Assembly: GCA_036170915.1 (NCBI GenBank)
Contig: JAVHQC010000033.1
Span: forward strand, 96,001-160,000
Length of the DNA: 64,000 nucleotides
Source of the DNA: Cyanobacteria bacterium auto_48_18
Lineage (GTDB): Bacteria; Cyanobacteriota; Vampirovibrionia; Obscuribacterales; Obscuribacteraceae
Direction of reading: 5' to 3'
The notes under the pieces are model-generated. The model had not been told where the DNA came from. It ran no database searches and saw only the letters and a program-made list of their open reading frames with translations. Each line of letters opens with the position of its first letter. Positions within the stretch are counted from its first letter, which is position 1. Shown here piece by piece: positions 46,712-55,800 of the stretch. The translations under genes and the position numbers were made by a program.

Positions 46712-47329
46712 ATGTTCATGAGTCTTTCTAGAACGATATTGGCAGCTTCAGTCACCTTTGCCATTGCTACAGCAGTAGCGCCCTTTACTGGCCTGGGTCT
46801 TATTGAGCGTGCCCACGCTGACTCGTTACCTGCGACAAAAGAAGCCCAAGCATCTGCAGAGGGCGCGCTTAAGGAATTTGTTGAATATAAGAATTCTGAA
46901 CGAGGCATCAGCATTGAATATCCAAAGACTTGGGAGATGATTGAACCCAAAGACTCACCAATCATCTGCAAATTTAAAGGCTTGGGTGGCTTAGTTAGCT
47001 ATCGAGTCTATTCGGAGCCATTGCCGGCAACCATGACATTAGAGGCTTACACTAAGGCCTCGCTTGATGCGCTCAAAAACGGCATGGCGCAAGCTAATAT
47101 TCCAATAGAGATGGTCAGTGAAAAAGCTGCTGTTTTTGCTGGAAGTCCAGCAACTGAAATTACCTACATCATAAAAGACATAGAAGCCAAGTGCACTGCC
47201 AAGGCTCTTATGATTATGACCACCAACAAATCGCGCGGTTTTGGTCTGAACTACACTGCCGATAGCGAATACTATGACACTTTCATGCCTGTGATAAACG
47301 CTGCTTCCAAATCAATGAAGGTTCTATAG
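46712..47329 (+). CDS. Exported PsbP/DcrB-like fold protein
   Basis: Signal peptide (AHA|D), GISIEYPKTW, C-terminal beta-beta-alpha pattern ending SMKVL. Confidence 0.65.
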   Translation: MFMSLSRTILAASVTFAIATAVAPFTGLGLIERAHADSLPATKEAQASAEGALKEFVEYKNSERGISIEYPKTWEMIEPKDSPIICKFKGLGGLVSYRVYSEPLPATMTLEAYTKASLDALKNGMAQANIPIEMVSEKAAVFAGSPATEITYIIKDIEAKCTAKALMIMTTNKSRGFGLNYTADSEYYDTFMPVINAASKSMKVL

Positions 47330-47331
47330 CT

Positions 47332-47922
47332 TCAGGCATCTTCTTTTTTAGGCAAAGCGTTTTTTATAACGTCTTTGACTCCCTCAGCACCACCCAGCCC
47401 TTTGACGACAAAGGCGCCACCGATGGCAAAGGGTAGAAACATCAAAATTGTTTGCATAAGCGTGAGCGATGGAAAGCGGAATGTTAACGTGAAAAGAATG
47501 GCTAGCAGTAAAGTTACGCAGCTGCCGACAGTGATGACTTGGCCCCATTTATTTCTGGCGTTGTAAATCATCATGCTGATGCCGATGAGCAAAGGCAGTA
47601 AAAAGAAGACTAGACCACTGCCGCCGCCCATCATCATGGCTAAAAAGCCATTGCCGACTTGAACGTGGGTGAAGACCAGAAATAAACCTAGAACAAGTAG
47701 GCCGACGCCACCAAAATAATAGCCGTCAGATCGGTTCAGGGGCGCAATATCGCCACCAGCGCTAGAACCGTATGTGCCACCATTTTGCAGGCCGCCTTTT
47801 TTGCGATTAGTCAAGTCGGTACGACTACTGGCGTTGCTGGTCACTATGTCAGCTTGTTCTTTGAGGACAGTGGTTTCCAGCTCCACTAATTTCCGCTGAA
47901 TTTCCTCTTCCTTCTTATTCAT
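47332..47922 (-). CDS. Hypothetical four-TM membrane protein
   Basis: Charged N-terminus, four hydrophobic segments; AGAGGG RBS. Confidence 0.8.
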   Translation of the reverse strand: MNKKEEEIQRKLVELETTVLKEQADIVTSNASSRTDLTNRKKGGLQNGGTYGSSAGGDIAPLNRSDGYYFGGVGLLVLGLFLVFTHVQVGNGFLAMMMGGGSGLVFFLLPLLIGISMMIYNARNKWGQVITVGSCVTLLLAILFTLTFRFPSLTLMQTILMFLPFAIGGAFVVKGLGGAEGVKDVIKNALPKKEDA

Positions 47923-48216
47923 TAATTCGCTTGCCCTCTGGCTTTGAGAATAACTTGTGAATCCCGCCGGGCGCTTGATCGCCTTAGCTGATCGCTAGCA
48001 TATCACCCCGCTATATGCCCTCATAGCGGCCTTTTTACACCTTAAGGCCGCGTGACTGATAAAAGCGCAGATAAATGTGGAATATATATACTCAAAAGTT
48101 TCATTATTAATGCCCCGCTGCCGTTTTTAGTGCCCAATAGCAAAAGAAAATGGTGGCGCAGGTCTGATACCACGTTTATACTTGAAAAAATTAGCAGCAA
48201 TTCTTCTTTGGTAGCC

Positions 48217-49707
48217 ATGATTAATAAATTTCCCACTCGCAAGCTTAGTCTTACTATTGCTCTCTCTGTCTCGCTTTCAGCGCTTAGCTTGGTGTTGACT
48301 TGTGCTCAATCAGCCACGGCCAGTGGTGGCGTCGCCGGTGAGGCCAAAATGCCTCTGCTGCACGCCTCAAGTGTTGTGCCTATGGATACATTAAATCCAC
48401 CAGGTATGGCTGAAGGCTCCGGCGTCTGGGTTAATCTCTGGAACTACCCTAAAAACGATATTGAAGGCTATTGCCAGAAAATCTATGGCAATGGCATTCG
48501 CAATCTATTTGTTCAAACCTCACGCAGTACCACCCAAGCCATCACTCAGCCGGCGGAGTTGAGTCAGCTGATTGAGGCCTGCCACAAATATCATATTCGG
48601 GTAATTGCCTGGTCATTTGCCGAACTGAAAAATCCCATTGCTGACGCCGACAAGATGATTGAGGCTGCTCGTTTTCGCACGCCTAGCGGCGATCGGCTTG
48701 ACGGTATCGCCCCCAATCTCGAAAACAATTTGAGCAAAGCTGCAGTTGAGACTTACAGCAAGCATATAAGAGATGCCATTGGCAGCGGTTACCCTATGAT
48801 GGCCGTTGTTTACAGCCCGCTCAACCGAGCCCCCGCTGTGGCCATGACGCCATGGAAAGTACTAGCCAAGCATTATGATGTCATTGCGCCAATGGCCTAC
48901 TGGAATGGACGCTATCAAACCGTTGACGCCTACACCTACACCAAGCAAACAGTGGAGCGTGTGCGCCAGTTGACCGAAAAGCCTGATGTCGAAGTGCACG
49001 TCATTGGAGACGGCATGGGCACCAGAGCCAATGAAATCACAGAATTTATTCGCGCCTGCCGCGATGTCGGAGCCCAAAGCGCCAGCCTTTACCCGAACCA
49101 GCGCACAACTGAAGAGCAATTTGGGGCCATGGCGCGTTATTCAGACTTGATGCCAGCCAATGGTCGCCATCGGTTAGAAGTGCTAAGAACTCTTCTGTCA
49201 CGTGGAGTTGTGGCCAGCCCGCCGACTTTTGACCCAGCCAAGCCTTTGAGCCGCGGGGAATTTATGAAAGTTGTTGCCCACGGTTTGAAAGTTAATAGCG
49301 CTACCGACAGCCATTCTGCTTTCAATTATTTCAAACAGCTTGGTGTGGTTGACCTGGTTGCCACTGAGTTTCCTGAAATGGCGGACGATGACGACTTAGT
49401 TTCACCTATCAGTTTGCAAGCCGGCCAGAAATTTGTCGCTCTTGCTAAGAAGGCAGTTGCCAACCAGGCTAAATCACGCGCCAAGGCTGGTAAGAAGCCT
49501 GCAGTCGCCCCGGTTTCAAGTTCGAGCTCATACTTGACCATCAATCGGCCAACTCGAGTTGATCGCCTCTTTGCTGCACCTGTCTTTGCCGCTGCCAGTG
49601 AGCGTGCACAAGGTACGCCGGTGGCTATTGACGCAAAATACAACAACAAGCAGCACCACATTAACTACCTGGACGCAGCTCAGCTGTTCGAAGACCTGAA
49701 TAACTAA
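48217..49707 (+). CDS. Exported protein with glycoside-hydrolase-like barrel and SLH-like region
   Basis: Signal peptide after M at 48217; GVWV..W, RVIAW, DVIAPMAYW; PLSRGEF resembles an SLH motif. Confidence 0.7.
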   Translation: MINKFPTRKLSLTIALSVSLSALSLVLTCAQSATASGGVAGEAKMPLLHASSVVPMDTLNPPGMAEGSGVWVNLWNYPKNDIEGYCQKIYGNGIRNLFVQTSRSTTQAITQPAELSQLIEACHKYHIRVIAWSFAELKNPIADADKMIEAARFRTPSGDRLDGIAPNLENNLSKAAVETYSKHIRDAIGSGYPMMAVVYSPLNRAPAVAMTPWKVLAKHYDVIAPMAYWNGRYQTVDAYTYTKQTVERVRQLTEKPDVEVHVIGDGMGTRANEITEFIRACRDVGAQSASLYPNQRTTEEQFGAMARYSDLMPANGRHRLEVLRTLLSRGVVASPPTFDPAKPLSRGEFMKVVAHGLKVNSATDSHSAFNYFKQLGVVDLVATEFPEMADDDDLVSPISLQAGQKFVALAKKAVANQAKSRAKAGKKPAVAPVSSSSSYLTINRPTRVDRLFAAPVFAAASERAQGTPVAIDAKYNNKQHHINYLDAAQLFEDLNN

Positions 49708-49994
49708 GATTTAGGCGGCTTCAAAGCTTTTCTGCGAATATGGTTATAGTGGAAGCCAGTACGGGTAAATGATTATCGGAACACCGTTTGTCGATACTCG
49801 TTTTGGGCTCAGTAAAATGAGCGTTCTGCTTTAAAAAGCGTCAGGGATATTCCTTTTGAAGTTGACATAGATCTCCAATAATCCTGCAGGCCAGTGTGCT
49901 TGTAGGATTTTTTGCCTGATTATCAAATCGCATCGAATATTCTTGTGGTATCACTTTCTGTGTTTTATTTATCCCTTCGTTTCGGAGGATAGTT

Positions 49995-50585
49995 ATGCTA
50001 GTAACCGTAACTGGACGCAATATTGAACTGACACCTGCTCTCAAGGAGTATTTGACTGAAAAGTTGCAGCGAGCCCAAAAGCATTTTGATCACAGGCTCG
50101 ACTGTACCGCTCTATTGAGTGTGGCAAAAAATCCTTCCATTGCGAAGAGCCAGAAGGCGGAAATCACAATCAAGGTCAACGGCAACGTTATTCGCGGTGA
50201 AGAAGCCACCGAAAACATGTATGCGTCGATTGACTTGGTTGCAGATAAGATTGAAAGACAATTGCGCAAGTACAAAACGCGCCATTACACCAAGACGGGC
50301 AAAGCGAAAGATTATAGCGAAGATGATAGTGCAGAGGTCACTGATGACGATCTGGAGCCAATCAATTTTGCCGTCAATAAAGATAGTTCAGCTGATGACA
50401 TTCGACCGAAGATTGTTCGCTCCAAGCGCTTCCCGCTTAAGCCGATGATGGCTGATGAAGCCTGCAAGCACATGGACCTTCTTGGACACGATTTCTTCAT
50501 GTTCATCAACTCAGAATCGAATCACGTCAACACGGTTTATCACCGTCGCGATGGCAACTACGGACTGATTGAGCCGGAGGCTTAG
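49995..50585 (+). CDS. hpf: Ribosome hibernation promoting factor, long form (LrtA/RaiA-like)
   Basis: TGRNIELTPALKEY, MYASIDLVADKIERQLRKYK, MDLLGHDFF, RRDGNYGLIEP; GGAGG RBS. Confidence 0.96.
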   Translation: MLVTVTGRNIELTPALKEYLTEKLQRAQKHFDHRLDCTALLSVAKNPSIAKSQKAEITIKVNGNVIRGEEATENMYASIDLVADKIERQLRKYKTRHYTKTGKAKDYSEDDSAEVTDDDLEPINFAVNKDSSADDIRPKIVRSKRFPLKPMMADEACKHMDLLGHDFFMFINSESNHVNTVYHRRDGNYGLIEPEA

Positions 50586-50606
50586 TTTCAGTAAATTGGG
50601 TTTCAC

Positions 50607-50633
50607 GGGCGCTGCTTCGGTGGCGCCCTTTTT
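50607..50633 (+). terminator. Intrinsic terminator after hpf
   Basis: gggcgctgc-ttcg-gtggcgccc stem-loop followed by ttttt. Confidence 0.88.
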
Positions 50634-50636
50634 CTT

Positions 50637-50709
50637 GTGGATCGGTTGGGGGTGCGAAATTGAATAAATTGATGGTCGGTGGATCGGGTGGTGCTAAATT
50701 GGATAAATC
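50637..50709. repeat. Imperfect direct repeat, two copies of about 31-34 bp
   Basis: gtggatcggttgggggtgcgaaattgaataaatt vs gtggatcgggtggtgctaaattggataaatc. Confidence 0.7.
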
Positions 50710-50717
50710 GGCCATCA

Positions 50718-50748
50718 AACATTGTAATTACGCCGTAATTACAATGTT
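50718..50748. promoter_or_regulatory. Perfect 31-bp palindrome, operator-like
   Basis: aacattgtaattacg-c-cgtaattacaatgtt, 15-bp perfect arms. Confidence 0.7.
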
Positions 50749-51181
50749 GCATGGTGGAATTTTTCGTTTGGCGATGGTGCTAGGTGTCTGTGCACTTATC
50801 ACCGTGTTTTTGGCTCTTCCTGTTGGAGCAGACGAGTTAGATGACCTCGCGAATCAAATAAAAGACCCAAATTCACTTGAAACACAAGCGGATGTATGTC
50901 GTGTGCGTGATGAGAACGATAAGGCTATTGTGCATTATTTGGCAGCATCGAAATTAAAGAATTCCGCCACCATCCAGGTTAAGCTTGGGCAGTCATATCA
51001 AGCTTTGGGAGATTCGCCTCGCGCAATAGCTAGCTATAAAAAGGCAATGACAATGCCTTTAAAAGATGTAGATGTCCGAAACGCTTTGATATCGTGATGG
51101 GAAATAGAGCTAAAGTTGGCAAAAAGCAAAAAAGAGAAGGCAAATATTGCTGCAGTATTGGCTCTACTTACTAAGCTATGA
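50744..51181 (+). pseudogene. Short exported TPR gene homologous to part of 52890-56759, interrupted by an in-frame TGA at 51095-51097
   Basis: ADVCRVRDENDKAI...VKLGQSYQA...ALIS*WE aligns with ADVYRVRDENDKAI...VKLGQAYQA...ALVSGWE; frame stays open 27 codons after the stop. Confidence 0.7.
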
Positions 51182-51211
51182 GGCAAATTGAGAAAGTAAT
51201 CAAAGCGGATG

Positions 51212-51703
51212 TTACGGCACTGCCTTCGGTGGCATCGTTGTATTCAGCTTCCGCCCGTGCAGACCGTCGAGTTGCCCTAATCGGTGTTCGAATTTGTAAT
51301 GCACATATTCAACAGGTGGCTGTTTTTTCTGCGCAATGCCCTTTTTATGTTGTGCAAACTGAGTGGCATTTTTATTGTTGTTAGAGCAGCCGCTTAAGCT
51401 GACAGAGAGTGCTAGTGAAATCGTTAATATTGCGGCAACCGATTGTACGCTACTACGCGCGTTTTTTTCCGATGTGTTTGATTTCAGCGGTTGTCGAAAT
51501 GCAACGCAAATGTTTTCGCCTTGATCGACACGCAATCGGAGTGCCTGAATTTCTTTATTACTATATTCGCTTACATCTTGAACATCGCAGTGACATTGCT
51601 GGCAGTTGCGGACATCACCTTTGCCGGCAAGGTCTTTCCATTTCTTTTGGCATGTAAAAGAAAGAGGTATAGCGTTCGATTGCCCAAGTTCCATTTCTCG
51701 CAT
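51212..51703 (-). CDS. Cys-rich N-terminal module followed by a lipoprotein-like signal
   Basis: FTCQKKWKDL..RNCQQCHCDVQDVS..ICVAFR, then a hydrophobic stretch ending LSG|C. Confidence 0.75.
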   Translation of the reverse strand: MREMELGQSNAIPLSFTCQKKWKDLAGKGDVRNCQQCHCDVQDVSEYSNKEIQALRLRVDQGENICVAFRQPLKSNTSEKNARSSVQSVAAILTISLALSVSLSGCSNNNKNATQFAQHKKGIAQKKQPPVEYVHYKFEHRLGQLDGLHGRKLNTTMPPKAVP

Positions 51704-52605
51704 CAGTTAGCTGCCTCAGGATGCTCGGCAATAAGTTTGTCAACGGCAGATTTTAGCTGTGCACTGCGTGGATAATTTCTGTCTTGGATGGCCAGCGTAA
51801 TAAGCAATAAATAACAACGGTGCGCAGTTGCAAACTGTTTCTGCTCAACAAAATATTTAGTAAGAATTTCTACGTTTTTGACTGACATCTTGCCAGCTTT
51901 TCTCTCGGTTTCGTATGATTCGAGCACATGTCTTTCGTCCCATCCATTGACCGCATCCAGGAATGGAATTTCTGCTCTATGACGAAGAAGGTAAAAGCCG
52001 TCGATTTGGCCGACACTGTGATCATTTAGTGCGCTTGTAGGAAGTATCGCTTCTGGTGAAGAGCTCAGGTACTGCACTTCACTTTTGGTGGGTACAGGCC
52101 GCTTCGCAAAACGGTTTACTACGTGCCCGGTAGCTTCTCTAAAATTACTAAGTTGGCTATCCATCGAACAGCTGCTCAAGCTTATCGACAACGCTACTAG
52201 AATGCCTAAAGAAAAAGCCGGATTAGCTGAAGTAAAACCGCTGACTAACTTTGAATAAACTCCCGTTGGCAAATCAATACTTTCGCCAGCACTTACTCGC
52301 GGCAATACTTTCCATTCTTCCAAGTCAAAGCTTTGCTGTCTTAATGCTTTTGGCTTGCGAAACGAAACGCAAATTTTTTCGCCTTGATTGACTCGCTGTT
52401 GAAGGCCGGCAACTTGTTCTTTAGAAAAATCGCTAATGTCTTGCACGGAGCATTTGCATTGCTCGCAGTAGCGAACCTGATCTCCACCGCTCATATCCTG
52501 CCATTTAATTTGGCAGTCAAAAGCCAGTTTGACGGGAGCTTCTTGCTCAATGCCGGTTTCAGTCATGAGCACCCCGTATTGCTTGCTGCTATAAGTTGTA
52601 CCCAA
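51703..52605 (-). CDS. Paralog: Cys-rich module + lipoprotein-like signal + helical C-terminus
   Basis: FDCQIKWQDM..RYCEQCKCSVQDIS..ICVSFR; LSS|C; start may be at MTETG. Confidence 0.78.
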   Translation of the reverse strand: MGTTYSSKQYGVLMTETGIEQEAPVKLAFDCQIKWQDMSGGDQVRYCEQCKCSVQDISDFSKEQVAGLQQRVNQGEKICVSFRKPKALRQQSFDLEEWKVLPRVSAGESIDLPTGVYSKLVSGFTSANPAFSLGILVALSISLSSCSMDSQLSNFREATGHVVNRFAKRPVPTKSEVQYLSSSPEAILPTSALNDHSVGQIDGFYLLRHRAEIPFLDAVNGWDERHVLESYETERKAGKMSVKNVEILTKYFVEQKQFATAHRCYLLLITLAIQDRNYPRSAQLKSAVDKLIAEHPEAAN

Positions 52606-52889
52606 TGAGGCCCAGAGTCAGCTTAGCAATGAATTTGGGTCGCCGCTCGTTTTTGCTCGGCAACCCCCAATCAGTCAACCGTCGTCAAGCGTTATAGCTT
52701 GGCATCATGAGGTTGTAACGAGATTTGCCCCAAATATCGAGATGTAAATAGCCATTTTGGCCTCTTACTTAAAGACCAGGCAAAATCCTATAGCTATGTT
52801 TAGCCAGGAAAGCTAAAAGAGAAGTTAATAGAATAGAATCCTATTTAGCTATTACTTTCATATGATTTAGTACCTCCGAACTTTGATCA

Positions 52890-55800
52890 ATGACAACCCA
52901 AAGGAATTCCCAGAAATTGTTCTCAAAATTGTTTGAAAACGGCTTTACTGGCCAATCTTTACCCCGTCCGGTTGCGCGCAAGGCGTCACGGCAGTTCGTC
53001 GCTCTGGCTCTGTCATTCGGTTTGGCTGCCGCGAGTGGTCTGGCTTCTGTGGCACCGGCACTGGCATATGTCGATCAGGCTCAACTAATTCAACTTAATA
53101 ACGACGCCGTTAAAGCAATTAACCAGCAGCAGTATCCGCTGGCTATTCAGAAGCTCGAACAAGCACTCAAGCTTGATCCCACCTATAAAAATGCCAGGGC
53201 AAACCTGGCGATTGCGCTGAATAACTATGGTCTGGTTTTCCAGGGCAACCCCATGGAAGCCATCAAATACTTCCACAAAGCTGTTTTGCTTGATCCTGCC
53301 AACCCGACCACATTGTCAAATTTGACCGGCATCATTCAAAAAATGGGCAAGAATCCACGGTCTTTTGCTGACCGTGTAGCCATTGGTGATGCGTCCCGCA
53401 AGTCTGCCGATTTTGTCGGGGCCATTGTCGAATATGCCGAAGCCTTAAAAATCAAAGATGACGGCGCTGTGCACGAGAAGTTAGCTGATGTTTATCGCGT
53501 GCGCGATGAGAACGACAAGGCCATCGAGCAATATCAAGCCGCATCACGCAGCGGCGACAGTGCTGCTATTGAAGTTAAGTTAGGCCAAGCGTATCAGGCC
53601 AAGAAAGACATCACTAACGCAATTGCCGCTTACACCAAAGCGATTTCAATGAAGTCTGACGATCCAGATGTGCAAGAAGCACTGGTTTCTGGATGGGAAG
53701 AAGCGCTTAAAGACAGCCCAACTGAGCCAAACAACCACATCGGTTTGGGTCAGGCTTTTCAATACAAAGGTGACTTTGGTCAAGCAGAATCAGAATATAA
53801 ATTAGCCATATCACTTTCACCTGGTCGCAAGAACGCCATTGCTGAAAAGCTTTTGCAGGGCTTGGCGGCTGTGAAAGACAATTTCCAAATTACCAAATAC
53901 ATCAACATGGGTGTTGACTTGCAGAGTCGCAAGCAATACGGCCCAGCCCTCGATTCATATAAACGTGCACTGGCATCGGCAAAAGACCCCAAACAAAAAT
54001 CAGACATTTTGATGAATATGGGTACTGCTTATCAGGCTATGAGTGATTATCCAAGTGCCATCGGCGCATACCAACAGGCTATTCAGCTTGATCCTGGTAA
54101 CACAGCCGCGCAACAGGGCATCAAGACTGCTACCGATCAACAGAAAGATAAAGCAGTGGGCGATCTATCAAGTGCTGCCGATGGTCTTTTCAAAGCCGGC
54201 AATTATGATGGTGCCATTGCAAAATACCAGGAATTACTAAAAGCTGATCCCAAAGATCCGGCTGTGCACTTTAATATTGGTGCTGCTTATCAGCTCAAAA
54301 AAGATTTTGACAATGCCATTGTTGAATACAACATGGCCATCAATCTAGACCCCAAGAACAAGAGCTACCAAGACTCTTTGACTAAGGTCAAAGATTTGAA
54401 AGTGCAGCCTATCATCAACAATGCGGTGGCGAAACACCAGGCTAAAGATTACGCCCAAGCGATTAGTCTCTATCAGCAGGCACTGAATATAGTGCCTAGC
54501 AATGCCAGCCTCTGGTATAACCTTGCTTCGGCTCAGTACGCTTCGCAAGATTATGGTGGCGCTCGCAGTTCTTACGTTAAGAGCTTAGAAGTTGACCCCA
54601 AAGCGCAGCCTGATAGTGTTTACTTCCTTGCCACCATTGACGAAAACAGTGGTAAAGGCGACCAGGCCAGAAGTGAATACCAGCAATATTTGAGCTCAGC
54701 TAAAGGCGGGCCCTACGCTACTCAAGCGCAGTCTAGAATCGCAGCTCTGAGTAAAGATCCATCAGCCACCATTAAAATTAAGTCTGAGAGCGATCTGGCT
54801 AAAGATAAGGAAGCGACTGATTCTTATGCCAAGGCCGTTGATTTGCAACGTGCTGGGCAATATGATCAGGCCATTGCTATGTATCAAAAAGCCATTGCCA
54901 TTCAGCCTTCCAATGCTGATTTCAAATACGCCGTTGGTACTGCTTATCAGCAAAAAGGCGACCTTGATCAAGCTCTGGCTAATTACAATCTGGCATCAAA
55001 TATGATGCCGGCCAATGCCGACTACAAAAAAGCAATTAAGGACGCCACCGTTCTAAAAGCTGGTCCTCTGGTTAAACAAGCTTTCGATAAACAAACCGCC
55101 GGTGACCTTCCTGGTGCTATCGATCTCTATAGCCAGGCCTTGAAGCTAGACACTGATAACGGCTCGGTCTATATGAACCTTGGTGTTGCCTATCAGGCTA
55201 GCGATAATTTTAAGGCTGCCTATGACGCTTATCAGAACGCCTATAAATATGATCCTACCGGTTGCGTCGATTGTCTGTATTTCATGGGACAAATCGAAGA
55301 GAACAATGGTCAAGTTGGGCCAGCGCTCGCCCACTATTCTCAATACAATCAGAAAGCACCATCCGGTGCATACGCTGCCGCCGCCAAGGGCAGAATGGCA
55401 GCCTTGCAGACAAATCCTGCCAACGCACAAAAACTGTCTACATCCACTGACGTGAAAAATGCTCAGGGTGCTGCTGACGCTTACAATAAAGCTGTTAAAT
55501 TGCAGGAGGCCACCAAATATGATGAGGCTATTCCGCTTTATGAACAAGCCATTTCAATGCAGCCCAAAGAACCTGCCTATGTGTATGCGTTAGCCACTGC
55601 CTATCAGGCTAAAGGTGATTTTGACAATGCCATCACCAAGTACAAAGAGGCCATAGCTAAGGCTCCGGCTAACCAGGTCGAGTCATTCAAGCAGGCCATG
55701 GCCTCGGCTCAGTTAGCTCAGGCAACTCCGATTATGGATCAAGCAGTGGCAAAACACAGCGGCGGCGATCCTGCTGGTGCCATTCCACTTTATGAAAAAG

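Noticed and set aside
48008..48036. Hairpin ccgctat...atagcgg plus T run in a divergent intergenic region
   Set aside because: No upstream plus-strand gene to terminate and no recognisable RNA family; too weak to call.
48052..48216. N-terminal 55 codons of the 551-aa ORF
   Set aside because: The signal peptide begins after the ATG at 48217; the upstream part looks like AT-rich promoter DNA.
51095..51097. TGA recoded as Gly, Trp or Sec
   Set aside because: TGA terminates several clear genes in this window, and the aligned residue is Gly (GGA), one substitution away.
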